Notes under the pieces: generated by a model
Database searches by the model: none
What the model was told of the DNA's origin: nothing
The model's input: only the letters and a program-made list of their open reading frames with translations
Position numbers and translations under genes: made by a program
Part shown: positions 54,323-64,000 of the stretch, piece after piece
How the letters are laid out: each line of letters starts with the position of its first letter
Numbering within the stretch: the stretch's first letter is position 1
Source of the DNA: Octopus sinensis
Taxonomy: Eukaryota
Reading direction: 5' to 3'
DNA length: 64,000 nucleotides
Assembly (NCBI RefSeq): GCF_006345805.1
Contig: NC_043003.1
Location: forward strand, 41,478,001-41,542,000

Positions 54323-56758
54323 ATTCCCACACACACACAACGATCGGAGGCAACAATACCACCACTCCCCCGACCAAATACCACACAACCTCACAGACAA
54401 CTCATACAAACAAAATTACACCCAACATTTTTTAGCCAGGGACCAGGGACACCAGGACACAGGCTGGAACCTAGTAGTAAGGAAAAACCGAAGATAATCA
54501 ATCTTTCAACCAAACCTCTTTCTAACATAAAAATTGACATCCTCGCAAAAGGGCTCAAATTTACACCAACTCCACGCAGAGCAAACCTAAATGAACTCAA
54601 GGATAATATAACAGCATTTTGCAGAAAATTAAGACTAGCAGAAGCATCAAACAGTTTCAATACTGAAGATGAATCACTAGTCAAGAACAAAAGTGAACAC
54701 CACCCACACATAGGAAGAAATAAAGATCTTGACGAATTCTGTAACCACATTGAGAACTTCCCCTACCATACTATACATAAACAGAAAGCTAACCCAAATT
54801 TTAACACTACACAATGGAAAGAACTGATAGAACTCCAAAATGATGAAGATATAACCATTAAGGAAGCGGACAAGGGAAATGCAGTTGTAATAATGGATAC
54901 ATCATACTACAGAAATCTTGTAATTTCCTTGCTTGATGACGACCTACATTATGAAAACATTACCAACTACACCCCACAAAAAATAATGAAAACTCTATCT
55001 TCACTAATTAAAACCCATGAAAAGGAACTGACAACCAAAGAGATTGACTTCCTAACAAACTTTAAATGCAAACCTAGCCTTTTCTATGGTCTGCCAAAAA
55101 TTCATAAAAGTCAAATTATAAATGAAACCATTAAAAAATCACCAAAGACATACATACACACACCTAATCCGGGGGACTTAAAACTACGACCCATTGTAGC
55201 TGGCCCAACCTGTGAAACACACAGACTAAGTCTACTTATGAACATCCTCCTGAAACCCTTCCTTAAACATATCGATAGCCATATCAGAGATGACTTCGAT
55301 ATGTTAAACCACCTTCCAAAAAAAACCAAGGAAGAAACAATCCTGGTCTCATTTGATGTAGTCAACTTGTATACCAGTATACCTCATAATTATGGACTGG
55401 AGGCAATACAGTTCTGGTTAGACCAATTTCCGGAAGAAATACCAAAAAGGATCAGTAAGGAATTCATTACTAAATCAATTGAATTCATCCTACACAATAA
55501 CCACTTCATGTTTGACAATACATTTTACCGTCAAAAATCCGGAATTGCTATGGGTACAAGGGCAGCACCAGTCATTGCGAACTTAACAATGGGATACATG
55601 GAAATAATCATTCACCAGGAATCTCTATCAATCTTTGGAAACTCCCTCTCTCAATACATAAAAGAGAATTGGAAACGATTCCTAGACGATTGTTTCATTC
55701 TCTGGAATGAAAACATAGATAAACTCCTAAAATTTAAAAACCTATTGAACAGCATAAACCCAAATATACAGTTCACAATGGAATACAACCAAAAGGAGCT
55801 CCCGTTCTTGGATATACTAATTAAAAAAATTAACCTTAAAATAGAAACAGACATTTTTTACAAAGCCACAGACGCCAAACAATACCTTCTTTTTAATTCA
55901 TGCCACCCAAGACACACTAAAACAAACATCCCCTTCAACCTTGCAAGAAGGATATGCACAATAGTGTCAGAACAAAATACCAGGAACTTTAGACTGCAAG
56001 AACTCAAAAACACCCTAATTGACAGACATTACCCAGCTCAACTCATAGAGGATGGGATCAGACGTGCAACAGAAATCAACATAGAAATTTTAAGAAAAGT
56101 TCAACACAACAACACACCTTCCCCGAAAATACTACCTTACATATCTACATACAACCCCAGAAACAAAGAAGCCTTCACCATCATCACCCAGAATTTACCA
56201 ATACTTCATAAAAACCCAAAATTAAAGGAAATTCTAAACATACACCAAATCATTAAAAGCTACAAACAGCCTAAATCATTTAAACAGATTCTCACAAAGG
56301 CAAAATTGTCTTCTGAAATTACGGATGCAAAAGTAAAAAAATGTGGTAGATCGAACTGTGCAACATGTCCTAACCTATTGGAAGGATCAGAATTCTTCTT
56401 TAAAGAGGGACAGAAATTCAAGATCAAATCTAACTTTACTTGTGCCTCTGAAAACATAATTTATGTCATTAAATGCTCGGGCTGCCACCAAGACTACGTG
56501 GGTTCCACGGGACTATCACTCAGGCGTAGATGCACACTGCATCGACAACAGATTGCATTCCCAGAATATAGAATGATACCTTTTAGTGAGCACATTGAGA
56601 AATGCGCAAAGCAACTACTGCCACAATTTTTAATCTTCCCATTTTACCAATGTGCTTTCGGATCATCAACACAAATGAGACTGAACAAGGAAACATTCTT
56701 CATTGAAAAGTACAAACCCAGACTCAACCATCCGAACATACTGACACAGAGAAATTAA
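54323..56758 (+). CDS. PLE reverse transcriptase + Cys linker + GIY-YIG endonuclease (811 stop-free codons; first Met only at 54893)
   Basis: IINLS...LAKGLKFTPTP N-terminal motif, IKEADKGNAVVIMD, FYGLPKIHK, LRPIV, SFDVVNLYTSIP, QKSGIAMGTRAAPVIANL, WKRFLDDCF, LPFLDILI, KCGRSNCATC, NIIYVIKCSGCHQDYVGST, KETFFIEKYKPRLN. Confidence 0.97.
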   Translation: MPTHTQRSEATIPPLPRPNTTQPHRQLIQTKLHPTFFSQGPGTPGHRLEPSSKEKPKIINLSTKPLSNIKIDILAKGLKFTPTPRRANLNELKDNITAFCRKLRLAEASNSFNTEDESLVKNKSEHHPHIGRNKDLDEFCNHIENFPYHTIHKQKANPNFNTTQWKELIELQNDEDITIKEADKGNAVVIMDTSYYRNLVISLLDDDLHYENITNYTPQKIMKTLSSLIKTHEKELTTKEIDFLTNFKCKPSLFYGLPKIHKSQIINETIKKSPKTYIHTPNPGDLKLRPIVAGPTCETHRLSLLMNILLKPFLKHIDSHIRDDFDMLNHLPKKTKEETILVSFDVVNLYTSIPHNYGLEAIQFWLDQFPEEIPKRISKEFITKSIEFILHNNHFMFDNTFYRQKSGIAMGTRAAPVIANLTMGYMEIIIHQESLSIFGNSLSQYIKENWKRFLDDCFILWNENIDKLLKFKNLLNSINPNIQFTMEYNQKELPFLDILIKKINLKIETDIFYKATDAKQYLLFNSCHPRHTKTNIPFNLARRICTIVSEQNTRNFRLQELKNTLIDRHYPAQLIEDGIRRATEINIEILRKVQHNNTPSPKILPYISTYNPRNKEAFTIITQNLPILHKNPKLKEILNIHQIIKSYKQPKSFKQILTKAKLSSEITDAKVKKCGRSNCATCPNLLEGSEFFFKEGQKFKIKSNFTCASENIIYVIKCSGCHQDYVGSTGLSLRRRCTLHRQQIAFPEYRMIPFSEHIEKCAKQLLPQFLIFPFYQCAFGSSTQMRLNKETFFIEKYKPRLNHPNILTQRN
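54428..54434 (+). other. Candidate -1 ribosomal frameshift heptamer T TTT TTA
   Basis: X XXY YYZ slippery site whose -1 frame is the RT frame. It lies about 20 codons before the first conserved PLE motif (IINLS); the zero frame closes at TAA 54495-54497. Confidence 0.5.
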
Positions 56759-56892
56759 CAAGGGAAAGGAAAAAAATTTTTAAGCGATTATCTCCCTTAC
56801 ACCGGAAGAAATCACTCACTACCTCCCCTTATTTAGAAATCTCCTGAAAATAAACACAACGATAACTCCATGCAATATAAACATAACGTCAC

Positions 56893-56931
56893 AAGAAATT
56901 TGAAAAGCTACACGCGAAACCGGTATTTCTT
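56893..56931 (+). ncRNA. Minimal type I hammerhead, U3-A8 variant, in the PLE 3' UTR
   Basis: AAGAAA-t-TTGAAAA-GC(TACAC)GC-GAAA-CCGG-TA-TTTCTT. Stem I is 6 bp with one extra U, stem II is 2 bp, loop III is palindromic, and predicted cleavage is after A56925. Confidence 0.75.
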
Positions 56932-57119
56932 TAAAAATTTTCTTTAAAAATTATAAAATTATGTCATTTTAAGGATCGGGAAAAAAATTTTTCCAATATT
57001 CTCCAGACATTTTGACACAAATATATATATTTTTTAACATTTAAGCCTTCTGTCGTTTTTTCACTCTTTACCATTTTCTTATATATTCACCCACGTGCTT
57101 TACCAAACAAACTTTCTTA

Positions 57120-57171
<52 letters not shown>

Positions 57172-57261
57172 GGAGTAAACACATAAATGGGAAACAAGGT
57201 AAAAAAAGAGTACTCAAATACCAAAGGTAGAGTAATATGCTTTATTTAAAAGCAGCAGAAA

Positions 57262-57319
57262 TTTAATAAAAGCTGTTACTCGGAGTTTCACGTTCCCGTT
57301 CGTCGGACAGTTTTGTTAA
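57262..57319 (-). ncRNA. Type I hammerhead (left arm)
   Basis: CTGT-CCGACGA-ACG(GGAA)CGT-GAAAC-TCCGA-GTA-ACAG on the minus strand. Confidence 0.75.
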
Positions 57320-57351
57320 AATAAAAGCGAGATTGTCATCTCGGTTCTATT

Positions 57352-57408
57352 TTAACAAAACTGTCCGACGAACGGGAACGTGAAACTCTGAGTAACAGAT
57401 TTTGTTAA
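57352..57408 (+). ncRNA. Type I hammerhead (right arm)
   Basis: ttaacaaaaCTGT-CCGACGA-ACG(GGAA)CGT-GAAAC-TCTGA-GTA-ACAGattttgttaa. Stem I is 13 bp with one bulged A; predicted cleavage after A57394. Confidence 0.8.
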
Positions 57409-57817
57409 ATTTCTGCTGCTTTTAAATAAAGCATATATATATATATTGTATATTATATATATACACACATACATGCATGCAGACATACAGAAACGCATAC
57501 ATTCATACACAGGGGTAACGTAAATCTACTCATTTCTAAATATATACGTGCATAACTTCATAATTTAAATACCCGCTCACAGAGATACACACGCCCGACT
57601 GCACCAGCAGTACGCAGATCAAAACTATATATGATAGAGCAATGAATGTTGGACTTTACCGACCACTTGAAGCTACAAGTACAGTATTTCTCAACAGAGT
57701 GTCACGATATGACATTAATAGATGAGGGTCTTTTAGTCAGGTTAGATTCATCAAGTTCCGTTGAGTAGTAATTGGCATTTGGCGTATCGGAGTGAGAAAA
57801 GAGATCATAGAAATATT

Positions 57818-58284
57818 GATGATGATGATGATATCATCATCATCACCACCACCAAGACCACCATTATCATCATCATCATTATCATCATCAACATCATCGT
57901 CATTGTGCGGAAAAAATAGCTGATACTATCATCACAATCATCTTCGTTGTCATCATCATCATCACCACCATCATCATCATCATTATCCTCATCATAGACA
58001 TTTTCATCATAATCATAAACCTTGTGAATATCAGCATCGTCGTCGTAGTCGTCTGTGTTTTCATCGTCGTATTTTTCAGTGTTGTTGTCGTCATCATCCT
58101 ACTCTTCTTCCTTCTCCTCTTCTTCATCACCCTCTTCCGCTTCATATTAATATTAATCGTATAACTATTATTATCATCCCTATCGCTCTAATTATCAATA
58201 AAACTAATATTGGAAAGCTACTATTGATGCTGTATGTTTCTTAATAAAGAAATAAGAGAACAACTGCTACTGCTACTGCTACTG

Positions 58285-58333
<49 letters not shown>

Positions 58334-58385
58334 AGCTATTGCTGCTGTTGCTACTCCTCCTCCTCCTCCTACTACTACTACTACA
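57818..58385. repeat. Degenerate (CAT)n and (CTA)/(CTG)n microsatellite region
   Basis: Visible. Confidence 0.9.
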
Positions 58386-60580
58386 TTAGCAACAACAAAA
58401 TTAAGGCATAAAGTGACCGATTCAGAGTAGTCAAGTGAAATTGGATATCATCATGGTTGTCGTAAAAAAAAAAAGATGTTTAATGCAATTGGTTGCATTT
58501 ATTGGGGAAAAGAATGCAAGAAGATTGGGAATTGGACAATTCGGTTGATGTTCAGATTAATTGTCGTTTAAAGACAGAGCAAAGAACCGTGCACGATATA
58601 TATTGACATATTCTTCTCTTTTAATTCCAATACATCGCACCCAATGATTACAAATCGTAGATGTTTATAACTGTATTTTCCCTTTTGATTGGAATTTTAC
58701 TGCTTATTTGGACGAACTACTCATTCGGTGGTAAGAGTTTCTAAAATGAAATATAGAAAATGCGTGTTATATTTGTTTCATACTTTTTACAAACACGTAA
58801 TCTTTACATTTTATTTACTTTTTGCTTTATTATTTCCAAGATATACTGTGTGATATGCGTGAGTGTGCTGAAAGGTTCCTTTCTTTAAGGGTATCACGAA
58901 GGGCCTGGTTGGAGATCCAACATTCCAATCTCTTTTACAGAAAAGCTGAAGGACCGCAGCAATAAATGTGTGAATGTGAGAGGGAAATATTTTGAATAAA
59001 ACCGTAATTAACTGTTTCTCTTCTATTTTCTTTTACCCAAAGCCAGGAACTTTTCATCACCCACTCATATGAATTATGGAGCGATATTCTTTTTCAAAGA
59101 AACCAAGTTCAATTGCACTTTGATCCAGGCAGGTTGCTATACATCCCATCGCTCCAATGATATCAAGTACGGAGACGCAGATTTATTTTCCATGCAAAAT
59201 TTGTAAACTTTTGGTAAGACTTCCGTGTAATACTTATTCCAGTTGCATTTATTTTATAGCATATTGGCATCACATATAGGCAGCTGATATTCACAGTAAG
59301 GTGACGGCCACAATAGCACATATGTTTAGTTTTGGTCCAGAGAAAATGTCTTTTAATTTGATGGTGCAATTTTTACTCTAAGATTCTTCTCTTTAAGATA
59401 TTTGTGTTTCACCTGCTTGTATCGGCTCAATTATCGGATATTCCTTGCTAGTAAAATATGAAATAAACATTTTGGCATGTCGTACGCTTGTCTCATCGAT
59501 ACGAATGTTTAATTCTATTCAAAGAGAGCTCTTCTACAATGAAAAGGCAGATGTTTCTAGATTCAGAATATCCATTTCTATAAACACCAAGTCGTGTGAA
59601 TATTTGAAACAATGAGGTTACCCATAGCTAAATGAGTAATGCTAGCTTCCATTGCACTGCTGGGAGGTTTTAAAATGTGTTTTTTTAAATACCTCGGAGG
59701 TTTAAAGTAGAGTACTCTCTTAGGTGTTGAATTGCCATCACCAGTATTTGCAGAACTAGGTGAACAGCAACGCTTTGATAACCTACCTATGTCGTATACT
59801 AGGCGGGCTGTCTTATCTTTTCATCTAATTACATAAATTCCTGAAATCATTTTCTGTTTGCTCTTGTTATGTATTATTTTACATAGAAGCTATTCTGTAC
59901 TACCACTTAAATTTATTCCCTCTCCACAGAAAGCTTCAGTATTATTGCTGTTGACACATTGATATTTCAAGAAAAGATTGATGTCCCCATTCTTTATATT
60001 ACAATATATTCTAGTACATAGCAACTTATAACTTCGGGATATTTGTTGGCATAAAAATCTAAGGGTGGGTGGTAGCAATCTAAAAATCTCAATCCATATT
60101 ATGTTATCAAATTTCAGTAAACGAAGTTTCGATTATTAAACCCCAAATCCAGAGATAGGATTAAGGTTTAGGAATTTTCTGTATCATTTTCATGTTGGTT
60201 TTGTTCAGAGAGATACAGGCGAATAACCTTAAAATTTCCGAGAATATCTGTCTGTCACGTTCGTGTTGCAATGAGGTTATGGCGCATAGGAAGGGATTAA
60301 GAGTTTCATATGCTGCTTATATAAGTTTTTAACTGAAAATATTTTAGGTAATTTTCCACTGCTTCCTACACCATATGTTTTATTTGTAAGAAGCTTCTGT
60401 TGTATGTTGACGATTAAATTTACAGTCATTCTTTATTTTGGAATTTTCTTTTCCATTTGATTATTATAATTCTGCAATTTTATCTCAAGGGACATATTCA
60501 GTTACTTATGGGGAGTTTCCAGTGATGTGTATGTTCATTTATTTGTTTATGTGGGTATGTTAATATATTTGTTACGTTCA

Positions 60581-61265
60581 AAGGCAGTAGGCTGGCGGAA
60601 TCGGTAGTACTCTGGATAAAATGTTCTGCGGCATTTCGTCCGTCTTTACGCTGAGTTCAAATTCCGCCGAGGTTGGCTTTGAGTTTTATCATTTCGTGGT
60701 CGATAAAACAAAAACCAACCAAGAATTCGAGTAGTTGTAATCGATTAACACTGAACCCACATATTTCAGATCTAGTGCATAATGCAGAAATATATTTATT
60801 TGCTATGTTTAGATGCAGTTATTGAAATCTAAATTTACAAATTTATTAGCGAGCTGGCAGAATCGTTAGCACGCCTGGCAAAATACTTAGCGGTATTTCA
60901 TCTGCCGCTACGTTCTGAGTTCAAATTCTGCCGAGATCGAATTTGCCTTTCATCCTTTCGGGGTCGATTAAATAAGTACCAGTTATGCACTGGGGTGGAT
61001 ATAATCGACTTAATCCGTCTGTCTGTCGTTGTTTGTCCTCTCTGTGTTTAGCCCCTTGTGGGTAGTAAAGAAATAGGTATTTCGTCTGCCGCTACGTTCT
61101 GAGTTCAAATTCCGCCGAGTTCGACTTTGCCTTTCATCATTTCAGGGTCGATTAAATAAGTACCAGTTACGCACTGGATTCGATATAATCGACTTAATCC
61201 GTTTGTCTATCCTTGTTTGTCCCCACTGTGTGTAGCCCCATGTGAGCAGTAAAGAAATAAGAAAT
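60581..61265 (+). mobile_element. Three SINE copies of the 4748 family (one at about 60581-60780, a tandem pair at 60849-61265)
   Basis: Repeated ctggcagaatcgttagc...cgttctgagttcaaattc...ctttcatcc..ggggtcgattaaataagtaccag...gtagtaaagaaata. Confidence 0.85.
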
Positions 61266-61449
61266 ACATGTACAGACACACGCATTTTATGTGCATGTAT
61301 GCTCTAATGTTACTTCGACTAAATGCTATTTAGTCACTGTACCGTGACTAAATAGCATTATGCAGCGACTAACTGTAAGCAAATAACGGAGGGAGAGCGC
61401 TAGGCACGAATTGTAGAAATGTAATGTTATTACCAGTTCAAATAAGCGT

Positions 61450-61789
61450 GTTTGGACTCGTAAATAAACCATTCACAGTGTTTTGTCATGGAGAAAATTT
61501 CTCGCTGTAGACAGAAGGCTGTTGATACACCAACATCAGTTCGCAGTGTCATCTACTTACACTGTGATAATGAAGCATTTCAGAGTATTTATCTCCTCTT
61601 CGATCCCCGACACTACTCAGGGTGCCTAGTGTCTGTGACGGAAGAGTAGATAACAATTCAGAAATGCTTGCATCCCAGTCTTAATAGGTGACGCTGCGAA
61701 CTGATATTAGGTTACTAACACCATTCTGTCTACAGCGAGAAAGTTTCTCCTTGATAAAACTCGGTGAATGTTTAGTTACGAGTCCAAAC
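61450..61789. mobile_element. MITE-like ~340-nt imperfect hairpin
   Basis: gtttggactcgtaa...ggagaaaatttctcgctgtagacagaa mirrored at the right end. Pairing continues inward to cgacacta/tagtgtc. Confidence 0.8.
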
Positions 61790-61946
61790 GTGCCGCACGC
61801 ATATTTAAACAGGTAATGACATTACATATCTACATTATAGGCACATATATGAATATAAATCTTTATTGATAAAAACATAGACACAGATACGCTAACAGTG
61901 CCAACAACACACAAGCAACCATTTCTCCCTCTCTCTCCCTCTCTCA

Positions 61947-62031
<85 letters not shown>

Positions 62032-63451
62032 GTATGTATGTATAATATAGGTAAATATATAGTTACAACGGATAGATAGACAGGAAGAGAGAAATAGAGA
62101 TAGAGAGAGGAGAGAGAGAGAAAGAGAATTTTGGGAGATTGTCAGATAGACAAGATTTTTGAAAATTTGATGTGTCATACAAGGGAACATGGCTAAAATC
62201 GTTGTACTTAAAATCTAGTGTTAAGATTTGTTGACTTGCAAAATGACTTGTGGTTACCCAGTATTAATGTAAACTTTAACTGAATGTAATATACTATATG
62301 TAAGTGCATCATAATATGTGTAATACATTTTACATATAGCACAATCATATAATTCTACCTCACATATTTGTGATATATACGTGCTAACTGAGACACAGTA
62401 TAAGTTCACCAAAGAATTGTTTGGAAATACATTAGTAATAAGTGCCTTTTTACACCAGTCTGTAAACGGTTTCCTTTAAAAGACTGTGCCGTGTAGAGAT
62501 GAGAAAAACTTAATACTACAGCAAAGGAACACAAACAAGCCACCGACGAAATAAAAAAAGGAACGAAACAGAAATATAATATAATATAATAATACACACA
62601 CACGCACACACATACATATATAAAAGTAATTTAATCAAAAATATTTTGTGGTAAAAAGTCAACATCGAGAAGTAAAAGAAAATAAATACAGTAAATACAA
62701 ATATTCTGGAATATTTTCAGGTTCAATTGGTAAGTCGGCAAAAAAATTACGCTAACTAGACGTTAATGCGACACAAATATTAATCCGTTAGTTTGAATAC
62801 CTGCCAGTGAATTTCAAACTTGAGTGGAACGCAAAGTTAGTTTTGAAGTGTAGTGTTTATATTAAGAAGGTGGATCGTGTGATGGATGTTGATGGGGCTG
62901 CGTTAGAAAATTTTTCGTCAGCATCTGTAGAATTTAACAGTATTAAGAACTCAAGCGAATCGACAAGATGGTGGCATTGATTGCTGGTAGTGATGATGAT
63001 GGTGATGCCGATGCTGGTGCTGGGTTTTCAGAAATGCTGAAGATGAGTGAGCTGGTGAAGAAGAATGACGGTTATGGTAGGGACGGTGCGAAATTGTACT
63101 CAGTGAGCAGATATTTTCTGTCAAAAGGCATTTTCGTTGGCTTTTAAATCTGATTGTGTTTCTCAAGAATAATTTCTTCAGCTGTACTCTAATATTATCT
63201 TTCTCATCACATTACATAGCTCTATCTCTTACACGTTTTTCTCTTCTCTCTCTCTCTCTCGCCCTTTCTCTCTTCATTTCTCCCTCTGTCATTCTGTTTC
63301 TCTGTCTCTGTCAATGTCTCTGTGCTTCTTAGCCTCTCTCTTTTCCCCTATCTCTCTCTCCTAGTTTCTTTCCGTCATCATTTGTGCATTACACGTATAT
63401 TTCCAATATTTGTGCATTCACTTGCCGCTCATTTTGTATCTATCTATCTAA

Positions 63452-63526
<75 letters not shown>

Positions 63527-63527
63527 C

Positions 63528-63572
<45 letters not shown>

Positions 63573-63653
63573 AATCTATCTATCTATCTATCTACGCACA
63601 CACATATACACACATATATACATATATATATATCGATCTGTTTACCTACCCTT

Positions 63654-63709
<56 letters not shown>

Positions 63710-64000
63710 CATTTCATATATACATACATATATACATACATACATATATATATATACATAGATCTATGTAAACATACATATATATATATATATATAGGTA
63801 CATATCTGTTTTCCCTCGAACTACTTTCTCAATAACTCTATGCGTGTGAATATATGTATATATATATAGTTATATATATATATATATAGACAGAGAGAGA
63901 GAGAGAGAAGGAGAGAGATAAATAAATAGAGAGATATTTACGTATATATGGATATAGGTGTATTTCTATGCGTATCAGAAATATAGTTTCTTATTGTATA

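Larger units (their letters stand above)
50810..57122 (+). mobile_element. Penelope-like retroelement (GIY-YIG type with Cys linker, Neptune-like) with inverted pseudo-LTR
   Basis: Full unit at 53079-57122 plus an inverted 5'-truncated copy at 50810-53080. RT, zinc-finger linker and GIY-YIG motifs present; hammerhead in the 3' UTR; TA/CT microsatellites at both ends. Confidence 0.97.
57170..57436. mobile_element. Short head-to-head inverted element with a hammerhead in each arm, flanked by (TA)n
   Basis: About 88-bp inverted arms (57235-57322 and 57348-57436). The 25-nt spacer contains its own hairpin (cgagat-tgtc-atctcg). The left arm extends a further ~65 bp. Confidence 0.85.

Noticed and set aside
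53299-56457. Minus-strand ORFs overlapping the PLE (e.g. 54391..54750, 55111..55365)
   Set aside because: Antisense shadows of an A/C-rich coding strand, with no motifs.
62945-63170. His-rich minus ORF and acidic plus-frame stretch as a possible exon
   Set aside because: Explained by a decayed (GAT/GCT) repeat; no convincing splice pair or homology.

Overview
AT-rich, microsatellite-dense eukaryotic DNA with no confidently recognisable host gene. The SINE repertoire and repeat style suggest an octopus-like cephalopod (inference). The dominant feature is a young, near-intact Penelope-like retroelement (PLE) at 50810-57122. It has a coiled-coil ORF1, an 811-codon stop-free RT + zinc-finger linker + GIY-YIG frame, a 2.27 kb inverted 5'-truncated copy joined head-to-head, a 40-bp terminal direct repeat and a minimal hammerhead ribozyme (HHR) in its 3' UTR with a compensatory U3-A8 core. 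Reading the non-coding DNA by hand gave several more type I hammerhead motifs in at least five other short repeat families. The most notable is a ~532-536 bp tandem unit at 19340-21188 (two copies on each strand, head-to-head, one HHR per unit, TA-flanked), which looks like a retrozyme. A TA-flanked head-to-head mini-element at 57170-57436 also carries an HHR in each arm. Other content: decayed Tc3-like, mariner, CR1-like, R4/Dong-like and PLE GIY-YIG fragments, a canonical non-autonomous Helitron, several foldback/MITE-like elements, many tRNA-derived SINEs and a 2.1 kb tandem duplication. All motifs and folds were read by eye. No searches or folding programs were run, and boundaries inside microsatellites are approximate.
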